Origin: Fistulifera solaris
Lineage: Eukaryota
Length of the DNA: 64,000 nt
Direction of reading: 5' to 3'
Assembly: GCA_030295235.1 (NCBI GenBank)
Contig: AP026135.1
Coordinates: forward strand, 558,001-622,000
Made by a program: the position numbers and the translations under genes. Positions 1-11,139 of the stretch are shown here, one piece after another. The notes below the pieces were generated by a model, which was given only the letters and a program-made list of their open reading frames with translations, was not told where the DNA came from and searched no databases. Numbering within the stretch: the first letter of the stretch is position 1; each line of letters opens with the position of its first letter.

Positions 1-261
1 CGACACCAACAGCTTACAGGCGGCACTTTTACCCGATCCGATTCCTCCACAAACACCTAATACTTTGATGGGATGATTGTCAACTTTTCGTGTCAAGGGT
101 AAATCCGTCATGCGTTCAAATGAAGTCGATTTGTCTGGGCTGTCGGTCGATGAAAGTAGATGAGAAGACGACATGAAACGATTGTTGCCGCAAAAGGCCG
201 TCAAAAATTGGGGAAATGAAACAAGAAGGAACACAATTAGTCGAAGAAGACGAAAGATCAT
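1..261 (-). CDS. coaE: Dephospho-CoA kinase (CoaE/DPCK), 5' part only, with predicted signal peptide
   Basis: Not in ORF track. Manual translation from ATG at 261: MIFRLLRLIVFLLVSFPQFLTAFCGNN...IKVLGVCGGIGSGKSAACKLLVS; GGIGSGKS P-loop typical of CoaE; runs off window edge. Confidence 0.8.
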   Translation of the reverse strand, partial: MIFRLLRLIVFLLVSFPQFLTAFCGNNRFMSSSHLLSSTDSPDKSTSFERMTDLPLTRKVDNHPIKVLGVCGGIGSGKSAACKLLVS

Positions 262-619
262 TCTACTCTAGATGTTCAAAGGATCGTTTGCATAATCATC
301 AATGAGGTACTGGTATGCAAAAAATAAGTTGTTGTCAGGAAGGAGTCACGCTCTGCCTGGTAATGATTCACGAGCGAGTCAACCTTACAGTTTGGGGGTC
401 GTGAAAATGTGTCGTGATTGTCGTACCGATTATCGCCTTGCAATAAGTAACTGCCGTTGAAATGGGGAGAACGGACGAGGAAAATGAACAGCATCATCGG
501 GTTTTGTTGTCGGAGTGCATTTACGTCAAAAGTGGAAGCAGGCGAAAGGAAGAGTGGTGGATAGTAAATAGTCTTGAAAGTAACAGACAGATCTCTTTGA
601 AGCCAAAGAATCGAATAAT

Positions 620-3552
620 ATGATAGAACTCACGCAGCAGTCATACGATGACTTACAGCCACAAAGATGCCTCAATCCTCGACAACAAAGTGGTATCCGA
701 TCGGTAAAACGGATACGAAACAATTCGTATCGTTCTTATTCTTATTTACTCCTCGCGGCTCTTTTGATTGTACCTACAAAAGCTTTTCAACCGTACAAAT
801 ATTCTCCTCTCTTTACATCATCTGTGAAACGAAACATGGTCCTCAATACCCCGGAATCCATTATCGAACAAGCATCGACACAATATTTACTTGACTATTT
901 AATCGATGAGAGCGTCCGAACCAGCGCTAGACGACCCATTATGATGCAATTCGACCCCAGCAGTGGCTGGATCTGGAAACGATGGAAAGGAACGATCTTT
1001 TCCGAAACGTGGGATTCGTGTGTTGCCAAGATGGTCTACGCGTGCCTCGTCTTTGTATTGTGCCGGACGTATCCGAGTACCGTCAAAGAAACCCTGTCAG
1101 GGTTTCACATCTTGTGGGGGCAATTACTTTCGGTCACGACTTTTACCTTGACTTTCTTTGTCAATCAATCGTATGCACTATGGAGAAAATGTTACGATCT
1201 GAGTCGTCGCTTGCAAGGAAGGCTACACGATATGGATATGACCTTGGCGGTACATGCCGTCCGGCAGCAGAGCAGTGACCCGTATGCGCCCACAAAATAC
1301 ACCAAAGAGAGTCGACAATTGCTGCAAGTTGTCGCACGTTGGGTGCGCTTGTTTAATTTGCTTACGTACGCATCTTTTACCCGATCGCATAGACCGATCT
1401 TGACCCCCATGGGAATGCGACGACTGGTCGAGCGAGGGTTAATGACACCCGAAGAACGCGTAATTTTGACGGAAAGCAAGCTTCCGGCGACACAGCGACA
1501 CAATGCTGTCTTGCTTTGGATTATGAGAGCCTTTGTGGAAGGTAGAGAAGCAGGTTTGTTTACGGGGGGTGCTGGTTTTGAAGATCAATTTTTGGAAAAG
1601 GCGCACGTGACGCGCGCGTCGTATGGAGCTATTGGCGATGAACTGCATGGACGAATGCCTCTGGCGTATACGCACATCGTACAAGTGTTGGTCGACTTGG
1701 TGCTTTGGATGTATCCGCTCATGGCGTTCTCGTCGGGGATGTCGGGTTTGCTTTGTGTGCTGGGTACGGGTTTGCTGACGATTGGTTATCAAGGATTGTT
1801 CGATCTTGCCAAACAGTTCCTGGATCCATACGACAATGAGTCGTACGGTAAAGGGGAAGATCCATTGATGGTGGACACCTTGATTGCCGAGTCGAATGCA
1901 GGTTCCGTGCGATGGATGCACAGTTTGGATCAATTTCCGATTTCTTCGGCTCGAGTGAAGGCTGGTATGCTGGAGGACAGCATCTTTCCGCTCAGGGGTT
2001 ATTCCGTGCAAGAGATTGAGCAAATGGAGGAAGAGAAGCAGAGAAAAGAGATGGAAGAACGAGAGCGTTTGGAACGTGAACAAGCGGAGTGGCGAAAAGC
2101 AGAGAAACATGAAGAGCTAGTTCGGCAAGCGGCGAATGAAATGATCAACTACAAATTGACGGATAGCCAGGTAAATCGTCTGGAAAATCTTTCACAGAAT
2201 TCGATTCTTTCGGTCGAGCCCACCCGTGGAGTACGCGTTACACGCAGAGTCTCCCTTCCCGGTGCATTTGCAACAGCAAATCTCGAAAGTAGTAGTGATG
2301 TTGCGCAATTTGTGGTAGACGCATCTCTTTTAGAAGGGGCGATTCCCCATGCTATCGTTCCCCCATCTACTGCAGTTCCTTCACCGCAAGCATTTATGTC
2401 GATCGATGGCGGAACCTACGCATCTTTTCTTTCGGGCAACAAAATAGAGTCTGCTGTGAATGGAGTCAGGCACAAAGACGAAACCGACGATGGCGCGGTT
2501 GATAAGTCGATTCAGTTAGCAAACGACACCTCCGAAAACAAGGCTGAAACTACGGAAGTATTATCATTAGCCGACTTTTCGTCACATGGCATTACTAACG
2601 TTTATGGATCAGAGGCTCCTGACTTTACAACTGATGTTCTTGTGGGAACATGGGAAAGTAGTCGGCGCGACAACGAAACTCTATCAAGTGAATTTGTAGC
2701 AAAAGTGAAGATCAAGCGGTATCGTCCTCGATTTTCACATACGATGAATACGAGCGCCATATTAAAGCTATACTTGAAGCAGCACGGGCCGAGATGATTG
2801 AAACAGAGGCAATTATGAATGCTCCGCCGGGTGCTAATTCAGTGGATATTCCCGAGAAAGATGAACTCGTCATTGATGAAAACTTTATTCACAATGATTA
2901 TGGCGAGAGCGAAGAGCAAGCATCCAGTGAGGCTACAACGGACAATTTTATCGCACCACCTTTAAGGACAGACCAGATACTTACGGAGCAAGACGCAATG
3001 GGTAATGTAAGTATACCCGCCAATGCAAGCAGTGATAGTATCAGGACATTCGATGAGATTTCGGAAGAACGCGAGAGACTTTTACGAAGTAATCTGGAGA
3101 GTGAAACGATTGCAATTGCTTCCATAAGTAACACAACTACCCCTGATGCACTTGTTCGCGCGGTTACGTCCGACGAGGCCCTCGATAAAATTGCAGAAAC
3201 CAGAAACCCATCAGGCAGCGTCAACAAGGAGGGGATGCAGGAGCCCGTTCACAAAGAATTTGCAGATCATTCTGCGATCTCAGAAGAGGTTAAGGCGCGA
3301 GAAGAAATCGATGAATTAATCGAAACACAAGCCATTCTGAATGCACCCTGCGCTGCCGACTATGTAGATATTCCCGGCGAAGACGACTCTAAGTCCTTTA
3401 TCTTAAACACCACCGATGCTGACGATGATTATCTTGCGGTGCTGGAAATGGACAAACCCGTAGGCTCGGCAGAATCTACAAGAAACGAAGCCACCAATAA
3501 AGAGGAGAATGATTCTGTCGGTTTTCACAACGACGATGAAAACCTCGTTTGA
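620..3552 (+). CDS. Bestrophin-like channel, probably plastid-targeted, with long acidic C-terminal tail
   Basis: Hydrophobic LLLAALLIVPTKAF presequence; bestrophin-like motifs LTFFVNQSYALW, MPLAYTH, FLDPY. ORFs 620-2797 and 2794-3552 join if one A is added to the run at 2701-2704. Confidence 0.8.
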
Positions 3553-3597
3553 TTCAATCAAGTGACCAACTCGATGCTTGATCAATTTTGTGATAGT

Positions 3598-4775
3598 CTA
3601 TCCATCATGACTTTTCCATAGATAAACTGATTTGTCATAGAAGGAGCAACTCGCTGCGGCTTCGATAACATTGTGAGTGTCGGGGTTCTTATAATAGAGC
3701 CAGTCGGCCCCATAAGCCATGCTTTCGTGTTGTCTGAATTCTTTTGTCGCCTCGTATTTTGCATCAGAGCCTTTCGTATTTTCAAGTCCTTCCAATTCCA
3801 GCACGCGACAACCCCCATGCATCGCACCCACGAGGACACGGTTGTACTGAAACGGGTGCCATTTAATTCTCCAGATTCCACCACCCAGTGGTCCTGTTTT
3901 AAGCAGACTACGCGTACCGCTCATGCATCGTATATCGTGAATACAAACGGATTCATCGTAGCTGCCGACGGCAAATACGTTTGGGTCGGCTACGTGGGGA
4001 GATGCACAGGTTACACCGGCGTCAAAAGTACGAATGACATGCGATGGCTTGTTCAGACAACGAATGTCCCACAATTTGTAAGTCCCGTCGTCACCACAGG
4101 AAACAACGGAATCTCGTACGAAACAGGCCGACCAAACTTCGGTAGGTGTCTGAAACATGGTGTGCGCTTGCCATGCTTCTTTGCGCACGATGTTTGCCGC
4201 ACCAGTAGAGGATGAAAAATGAACTTGGTGTAGTTCCACTGTGCCGTTGGAGTGTGTAGAGACAATTGTTTTTGATTGCTAGCAGCGGACTTGTCCCAAT
4301 TTAAAGAGAGACATAGTGGACCATTTCCTGTTTTGCTAACTTGACTCTGATCCAGAAATTTTGTAAAGAATGGCTTGTCACTTTGATCGGATGCTCCCCC
4401 AAAATGAAAAGACTGTAATCTGATTTCTCCAGTTGAATGTGCTGTTGCAAAGCACCATGATGATTCATTTTGTGAGGACGACAAAACTTCCGTCCATTTC
4501 CCGTCCAAAATTCCCGATGTTTCCGACGGATCCCAAATTGTGTACGGTTTCCCAAATTCTAGTGATTGCGGTGATAAGTCGTCGGGTACTTTGACAAGAT
4601 GTAATTCCATGTTACCACAGCGAGTACTGTCTTGTTCAGATAACTGATAACAAGAAAGCATAAGAGGCCAGACTCTGTAGGTATCGTCACCGTCGTTTAC
4701 TTCTACCGATTGCGTGATTGTTTCCAAGCTACAAGGATTAAGATCCGAAATTCGAGCATCCATCCAGTCCGTCAT
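3598..4775 (-). CDS. DPH7: Diphthine methylesterase DPH7/WDR85 (WD40)
   Basis: GILDGKW, GGGIWRIKWHP, HESMAYGADW, SCSFYD motifs; frameshift at homopolymer 4269-4273 repaired by +1 base (KTIVSTHSNG). Confidence 0.85.
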
Positions 4776-5206
4776 TGTTCTTCGTTATGTATTTAAGAAC
4801 AGAAAAGGGAACTTAGCAATATTCCTTTGCAGCAAGTTTCAGACATCGCAAGACAAAACGTAAAAAAAAACTCGTCCGCGAAAACAACACAATTGAATCA
4901 TCACGAAGAATGATCACGAGCCCTACTCACTTAGAGGTGCGTGACGCGTGGCTCATTCACAAGGTCCGCATCTCAATAAACAAAAAACGTGTTATGTTGT
5001 CTTGAAACTCGAAACCTCTCACAACTCACAAAAACCGCTGAACGAAAATTTCGTCAACCAATCGAATTTATTCCTCACATAAAGATCTTCCGATCTCGGA
5101 TGGTCGTTGCTGTCGGCACATTTGATTGCAATAAACAAACCCATGAATGCTCTCATTTATTTCAGCCAGAACAAGTTGGAAGTGCTGCTAACCAATCAGT
5201 GTCACG

Positions 5207-7318
5207 ATGCTAAGCGCCACAGCAAACTCGATCCGCACTTCGGCGATAACTTTGGTGGAGACCGAGCACGGTCGAATGCGCCGAAAGCAGCGCGGAATCG
5301 ATAAGAAAGATCTTCAAGCCGCCAAAAAATATGGACGTCGGTACAAAAATCGTTACTGTGCTAATGGCCATGCAACTGCCCGATATGTATACAAGGGCAT
5401 CACGTACATTGTAAACGAAGTGACGGGCGAAGAGATTACATGCTATGCGAAATCACTCGAGCTCGAACAAGTTCCTTTGACAGAAAGCATGCGTAGAGAG
5501 TATGCTATAGCATGTCGAAACATCAAGGAAAATCCCCATACGTGGACTTCGAATTCAGTACTCGTCGTGGACACGTCAGGAAGCATGAGAGAAGCAGATG
5601 TGTGGGGCACGAGAAATCGTCTCGCCGCGGTTTGGGTATCCATCGCTTTAGATTTTCTAGCCACTCGCTTGGAAACGGGAGAAGGATGTGTCACTGATGT
5701 CATATCAATCGTGACATTAGGAGAGTCAGCAGATGTGATCTTCGAAGAAGAACCTTATTCTTGGGTTCTTTACAACAAACTAGTGAGGGTCTACAGTGAA
5801 ACCCTTGTGAAACCACGGGGACATGGACCTTTTCTACCTAGCTTAGAAAAAGCAGAGAAGTTGTTGCTACGGAACCCAAATGCATCTTGTGCTGTATCAC
5901 TCACTTTCCTATCAGACGGGAGACCCTCTGATGCTGTATTCGGAGCAGTCGGCGTGGGTTTGGGCAAAGACGGATCTTATGAAGTTATTGAGAATAAAGT
6001 AGGTGACTTGGCCAAGCAGTTTGGTAGACGTCTCACCTTCAAAGCGATTGCAATAGGCGATTATGATGACTTTGATATGCTGAAGCGAATGGTGGACGCC
6101 GCAGATGACTACGGGGCTCATGCTGACTTTTGCCTTCCCTCTATGACTTCGTCCGCACTTGGTGAGGTCTTCACCTCCGTAGCGACGTCCATTACTTCAA
6201 CGCAACTTGAGTTGACTGACGCGCAGTCGAAGAAACAACGACAAGTTCGAAACATTCTTCGGGAATCTCGGAGTAAAGCGGGACAGGATATCTTGAGCGT
6301 TTCGGACGACGAATTCTGGATCTATTCCCTTTCCAGAACGACACGGAAAATATACAAGGAATGGATGGAGCCCGATTCTGACGGCAGAAACAAAACACGA
6401 CATAAATATGAGAAAGCAGAGTTGCAACATCCTGATGCTCGATATGTAGCATTTGCTAAGTGTCCATTCGGTGAAGGTGCTGAACGATTCGCTTATCGGT
6501 TTTTTGAGCTGGCAGCGGACTGTAAGACAATTGTCGGTAAGCCGATGGTAGCAAAGGAGAGTCGTTTGATTCTTGATGTTGACAGTGCTGATGAGCTGGC
6601 TCGGAAAGAATTTACAGCTGTGTTTTGCAAGACGCAGCAACTTGCTCGTCGCCTAGCCAAAGATTTCAATGCCAAACTGAAAACGTCGTACCGTGTGGAT
6701 GAGCGCACACCCACTGTGGACTTCCTGGATTGTTCTATTTACGAGCTGGACGACGATAACCTTGGAGTGTTGAGTGTTTTGGTTGGAGACAAGCTCGACC
6801 ACACGAAGTGGCAAAAATGGAATTCCAACAATGGCTTTGTAGAGGGAATGAAAAAGGCTCCTGTGTTTTCTGAGGAAGGTCTTCGTCTTGCTGAGATCAA
6901 CATGACTCGAGTTGCGCACTTTGAAGGTGATATTATTGAGGAAGGTAGCGAGGAAGAAGAAGACTCGGATGAGGAAAAGGAGGGATCAGATGTCCTTCCA
7001 GGAAAGAACACTGTAGTCTTCAGTCCTTTTGAGGTGGCGCAGGCGTTCTCTCACTTTAATTACTTGGCTTCATGGAGAAAGCGGCTAGTTTGTGATCTCC
7101 AAGGTGTCTATGACGAAGCGAATTTACTGTTTTCAGATCCTGTCATACACTATTACAACCCCCGTGCATACACATGTCGCAAAAACGTTCACGGTAGAAC
7201 TGATCACGGCAAGGAAGGCTTGCATAAATTCTTTGATACTCATGCTGATCATTGCGGCCCATTATGCAGAATTGTTAACCGCGGGTTCCGGAGGGTGGCA
7301 AGATCGGAAAAGAAATAA
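5207..7318 (+). CDS. vWA domain + alpha-kinase (eEF2K/MHCK family) with small basic N-terminal domain
   Basis: MIDAS VVDTSGSM and FLSDG; alpha-kinase motifs PFGEGAERFAY, VAKE, KWNSNNG, QAFSHF, LVCDLQG, DPVIH and C-terminal H-C-xx-LC. Confidence 0.88.
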   Translation: MLSATANSIRTSAITLVETEHGRMRRKQRGIDKKDLQAAKKYGRRYKNRYCANGHATARYVYKGITYIVNEVTGEEITCYAKSLELEQVPLTESMRREYAIACRNIKENPHTWTSNSVLVVDTSGSMREADVWGTRNRLAAVWVSIALDFLATRLETGEGCVTDVISIVTLGESADVIFEEEPYSWVLYNKLVRVYSETLVKPRGHGPFLPSLEKAEKLLLRNPNASCAVSLTFLSDGRPSDAVFGAVGVGLGKDGSYEVIENKVGDLAKQFGRRLTFKAIAIGDYDDFDMLKRMVDAADDYGAHADFCLPSMTSSALGEVFTSVATSITSTQLELTDAQSKKQRQVRNILRESRSKAGQDILSVSDDEFWIYSLSRTTRKIYKEWMEPDSDGRNKTRHKYEKAELQHPDARYVAFAKCPFGEGAERFAYRFFELAADCKTIVGKPMVAKESRLILDVDSADELARKEFTAVFCKTQQLARRLAKDFNAKLKTSYRVDERTPTVDFLDCSIYELDDDNLGVLSVLVGDKLDHTKWQKWNSNNGFVEGMKKAPVFSEEGLRLAEINMTRVAHFEGDIIEEGSEEEEDSDEEKEGSDVLPGKNTVVFSPFEVAQAFSHFNYLASWRKRLVCDLQGVYDEANLLFSDPVIHYYNPRAYTCRKNVHGRTDHGKEGLHKFFDTHADHCGPLCRIVNRGFRRVARSEKK

Positions 7319-7904
7319 TGCCGCCATGATCTCACCCTAAAGCAAGGAGGATAAATTAGGAATAGCAACGCCAACCTGAGTAAAATTAATGTGAAGAGAA
7401 ATTTGTGAAGTTCGTTTATAATACAAGTATACTTTGTCGAGTAGATCATGTGCTACAAAAAATAAGCCTTAGATTTTTTCTCATGACTGAACGTTCAGTC
7501 GTGTCGAAAATGAAGCAACACTACACAGGATAGTAAATTTGTTTGGCCTGACGGACGGACGCTGCCACCGTCTGTGCTGCGCGGGCGCTTTCTGGATCCA
7601 TCGCAAAATCCTCACAACCGCGGATTTTTTGACCACAAACAGAATTTTTCACACCATGGTTTCCAGCAAAGTTTGCGCGACCATTGATCATTTTTGATAG
7701 ACTATTGACTGCAATAGTTGCCGAATACGAAACATCGGTTCTGCTATCGATGCGGAGCTAGGAGACCTGGTTCGGATAAGGCTCCCATCTCGAGGCAATG
7801 GGGAAGAAACTCTTTATAGTCACAACATTATTCGTGTGCACCAATTCATTTTTCTTTGGATCTTCGACAACTTTGAATCGAAAAAATTTCCTTTCAACAA
7901 GTCG

Positions 7905-8645
7905 ATGACAGGAGCCATTGTGGGGCAAATTATGCTCTCGAATGATTGCAGCGATCTGGTGCTGGCATTGTCAAGTCACCTCGGACAAGACTCGGCTATC
8001 CGGCTTATCCTAGCGAGTCAAAGTCCACGTCGTGTCGAAATTCTAGAAATGATGGGTTTGAAAGGTAAATTTGATGTCAGTCCTTCGCCGCTGGACGAAA
8101 GTGCATTGCAACGAAAGCTGGTGAACGAAAATATTTCGAACCCAGCCGTGTACACCCGAATCTTGGCCGAAGAAAAAGCACGTGCTTTGGCGGAAAGCCT
8201 AGCTCAGTCATCTACGCGTCAAATAACCTTGGTATTAGGGAGCGATACGGTCGTTGACATAGACTCTTGCATCTTGGAAAAGCCAAAAGATCAAGCCGAT
8301 GCAAAGCGAATGCTACAGCGTTTGTCTGGAGTTCAGCATTCGGTTCACACCGGAGTCGCCCTCTATCGAGTCACTCCCGGAAAGAAAGAAGTCGATCTTG
8401 TGGAATCCTTTACCGATGAAGCCATGGTGACCTTTTCGATATTAAGTGATGATACTATTGATGCATACATCGCCACAGGTGAACCCATGGATAAGGCGGG
8501 GTCCTACGGTATTCAAGGAATAGGAGGCCAACTTGTTCGGCAGGTTCAAGGTGATTTCTTTACCGTCATGGGACTTCCGATGCATCGTACCAGTCGTCTC
8601 ATAGCTAAAGCCGTCTTAAATCTGATTGAGTCGGTCGTTTTCTAG
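7905..8645 (+). CDS. maf: Maf family nucleoside triphosphate pyrophosphatase (YhdE-like)
   Basis: LILASQSPRR, GSDTVV, ILEKP, DKAGSYGIQG, VMGLP motifs; start codon uncertain. Confidence 0.92.
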   Translation: MTGAIVGQIMLSNDCSDLVLALSSHLGQDSAIRLILASQSPRRVEILEMMGLKGKFDVSPSPLDESALQRKLVNENISNPAVYTRILAEEKARALAESLAQSSTRQITLVLGSDTVVDIDSCILEKPKDQADAKRMLQRLSGVQHSVHTGVALYRVTPGKKEVDLVESFTDEAMVTFSILSDDTIDAYIATGEPMDKAGSYGIQGIGGQLVRQVQGDFFTVMGLPMHRTSRLIAKAVLNLIESVVF

Positions 8646-9312
8646 CGAGCCGAAACGGATCTATTGAGTCTCACGATCAGAGCAGGAATGAAGATATATG
8701 TAAGCCCAATTTTGCGCGTGTTTGACTGTCTTCTCGAAGTGATTTATACACACAATAATAAGCCGTTTACCTGTCGGACATTGACAAACTACCATGGCGA
8801 GAAAATTGTTCATGATCGAGTGATGACAAATGATAAAGTTTGAGATATGTTGCGAATGGTTCAATGACTCACACCATTATTCACTCTTTTCCTCTACAGG
8901 ATAAGCGAGTCACGAGAGTCATTGGAATGCATGTTCGAACTTGTTGGAAATTTGTCGTAAGTTTTCGGTGCAAAATTTTTGTGTACGAAGTATGACAATG
9001 AGGACAGAGTAAACATCGTGATCCTTGACGCTTAATCGCAATGGATGGATACAAACTTCAAAGTTCTCCGAGTCGTTTATTTCGGAACATTTTGTACGTG
9101 AGTGCATGCTATCATACTAATTTGTTTCTTGTTTCATCTCAGGCGTTGGACTTCAGGGCACACGTCGAGACTGGCGGGAATCCCAACTTCGCGATTGCGC
9201 AACAAGGCATATCGCTCTCCTACGACTACTTTGATTCCCCATCTATTTCCGACATCTATTGCTTCATGCTAGTTTGTAGAAAAACCATTTACCTAAGCAA
9301 CTTGTTTGTGAT

Positions 9313-10515
9313 TTATACTTGCATTCGCATAGCTCTATCAATGCTGACAAGTCGTTTTCCTCGTTTCAGCGCAATGTCTTCAATGGACTCGTGAGTCATA
9401 AGTGCCTTGAACGTTGCCCTGGTAACATTGTATGGGTTTCGGTTGCCGTGACTTTTGGCTACACAATTTGTAATGCCGAATCGCTTCAGAATCTCTCGAA
9501 TCAGGTGGTTACCGCGTAAACCATCATCTGTGGATCGAAGGTAAACCTTGCAAGAGTTCTGCTTTCCGGCGAGATCAGATGTCAATCCATTACCTTGATA
9601 ACGATCCACAAAGAAGATATTGCGCTTGCATTTGCGGGATGCCACTGCTACGGCATTAATAGGATCCTTTGATTTCCCAATTCCAAAACCGCCGCATCCA
9701 TTCAGGTTCCCTCCTATCACTAAAGCACGGTAACTCTCCAATCTTCCACCACGCCAGAGTTTCGTCGTTCTGTCGACTGTGACCAACATTTCACTCCACT
9801 CACCGTGAGCAAGTTGATTCGGATCCAAGAAAACTTCAGGATCGAAATCTCCTTCTTCGTCGTCATCCTGATGAGACTGGAAAATCGGAGTCTGCTTTTC
9901 CACATCTCGTTGCTTCGTGTCATGAAGATACTCTCCCAACACGTCTTCTTCTTGTTTCTTCTCGATCAACGCAGCAAGTTCAGCAACATACTTCTTGCGC
10001 TCTTTTTCGTCAGGAATACCCGCAGCTAGAAGTCTACGTGCAAAGACTAAATCTTCCGTCGAGCCCAACTCTGCTGTCAAGTAATCCGCCATTCGCAAAT
10101 CTTCTTCCACTTCGTCTTTCAACTCGCCGGATTTCTTTCGATCGACTTCTTGACGGATACTACGAAGCACGCCGGCTTGTAAGGGTCCGAATGTTGACTC
10201 CAGCTCATCGTCATACTCGCTGACTTTGTCAAGATCGACAGTGACGGGGCTGATCGCTTCGTATAAAGGGTTATTTGCGTTTGCCTTTTCATCAAGTTCG
10301 AGCTGCTTTTTCGTTTTTGTGACCAAGGGAGAGACAGGGCGGTAATTGCGGCTAGGACGACGACTGGGTCGGAAGCTCTTTCGGCTAGGATCACCACCAC
10401 CGCTTTTGCTGCTAAGAAAGCGGACAGCTGCGTGGGGCTCTCGTAGACAAAACCGACTGGCCGCTCCTTGAGCAACAAAGCGCGAGCCCACCTTGTTACC
10501 AAGAGCTGTAATCAT
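9313..10515 (-). CDS. MRPS5: Mitochondrial ribosomal protein uS5m
   Basis: C-terminal S5 domain (RTTKLWRGGR..YRALVIGGNLNGCGGFGIGK; KSHGNRNPYN); Arg/Ser-rich N-terminal transit-like peptide. Confidence 0.88.
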   Translation of the reverse strand: MITALGNKVGSRFVAQGAASRFCLREPHAAVRFLSSKSGGGDPSRKSFRPSRRPSRNYRPVSPLVTKTKKQLELDEKANANNPLYEAISPVTVDLDKVSEYDDELESTFGPLQAGVLRSIRQEVDRKKSGELKDEVEEDLRMADYLTAELGSTEDLVFARRLLAAGIPDEKERKKYVAELAALIEKKQEEDVLGEYLHDTKQRDVEKQTPIFQSHQDDDEEGDFDPEVFLDPNQLAHGEWSEMLVTVDRTTKLWRGGRLESYRALVIGGNLNGCGGFGIGKSKDPINAVAVASRKCKRNIFFVDRYQGNGLTSDLAGKQNSCKVYLRSTDDGLRGNHLIREILKRFGITNCVAKSHGNRNPYNVTRATFKALMTHESIEDIALKRGKRLVSIDRAMRMQV

Positions 10516-11139
10516 TCAAAGATATGGTGAGATAAAGACGCTTTTACTTGAGATGTTATGTTTTTGTTCCCCTTTTGGCTTGTTGTGTGTTTTACTATGA
10601 TTACCAGTGTTGGCTAAAAGGAAAACAGTAACAATGTGCAAATCGGTCGACGATCAAACGCTTTCTTGATTAACAGTGCAGTTACGTGGTATAGAGTAGT
10701 AACTATACGCTGGAGACAGGGTGTAACTCACTTGGGAGGCAGTCCCGGAAGTTGTCGTCCGAAACTATCAGTTGAGATAGAACTCCCTCCAAGCCATTGT
10801 ATACCCGTTGATGACATTCAATTAAAAGCCCAATTTGTCATCAAAACTGTTGCTGTTGTTGATGCTGTTGCTGGATTGGATGATGCACGTGTCCTCGTTT
10901 ATCGTTCGTCCTCCAATATTTTTACCTATAGCCTGTAATCCCCAGTGTCTGGGTGCACTGGCCAATAGATGGAGAAAACTAAACAAAAAAAAACAGCTCT
11001 TTCATTTGACTCATGTTTGTCGTTCTATCTACAGCTAATTCCTAGCTGGAGCGATTTCCTAGTAACGGTTCACGTTGCACACCACGCGAAGAAATATCAA
11101 TATCAAGGTATGGGCTAAAGCAAACTCACTTAATACCAG

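Noticed and set aside
1439..2110. Long antisense ORFs (also 3673-4215, 6197-6640, 32375-32884)
   Set aside because: Shadow frames opposite well-supported genes, no recognisable motifs
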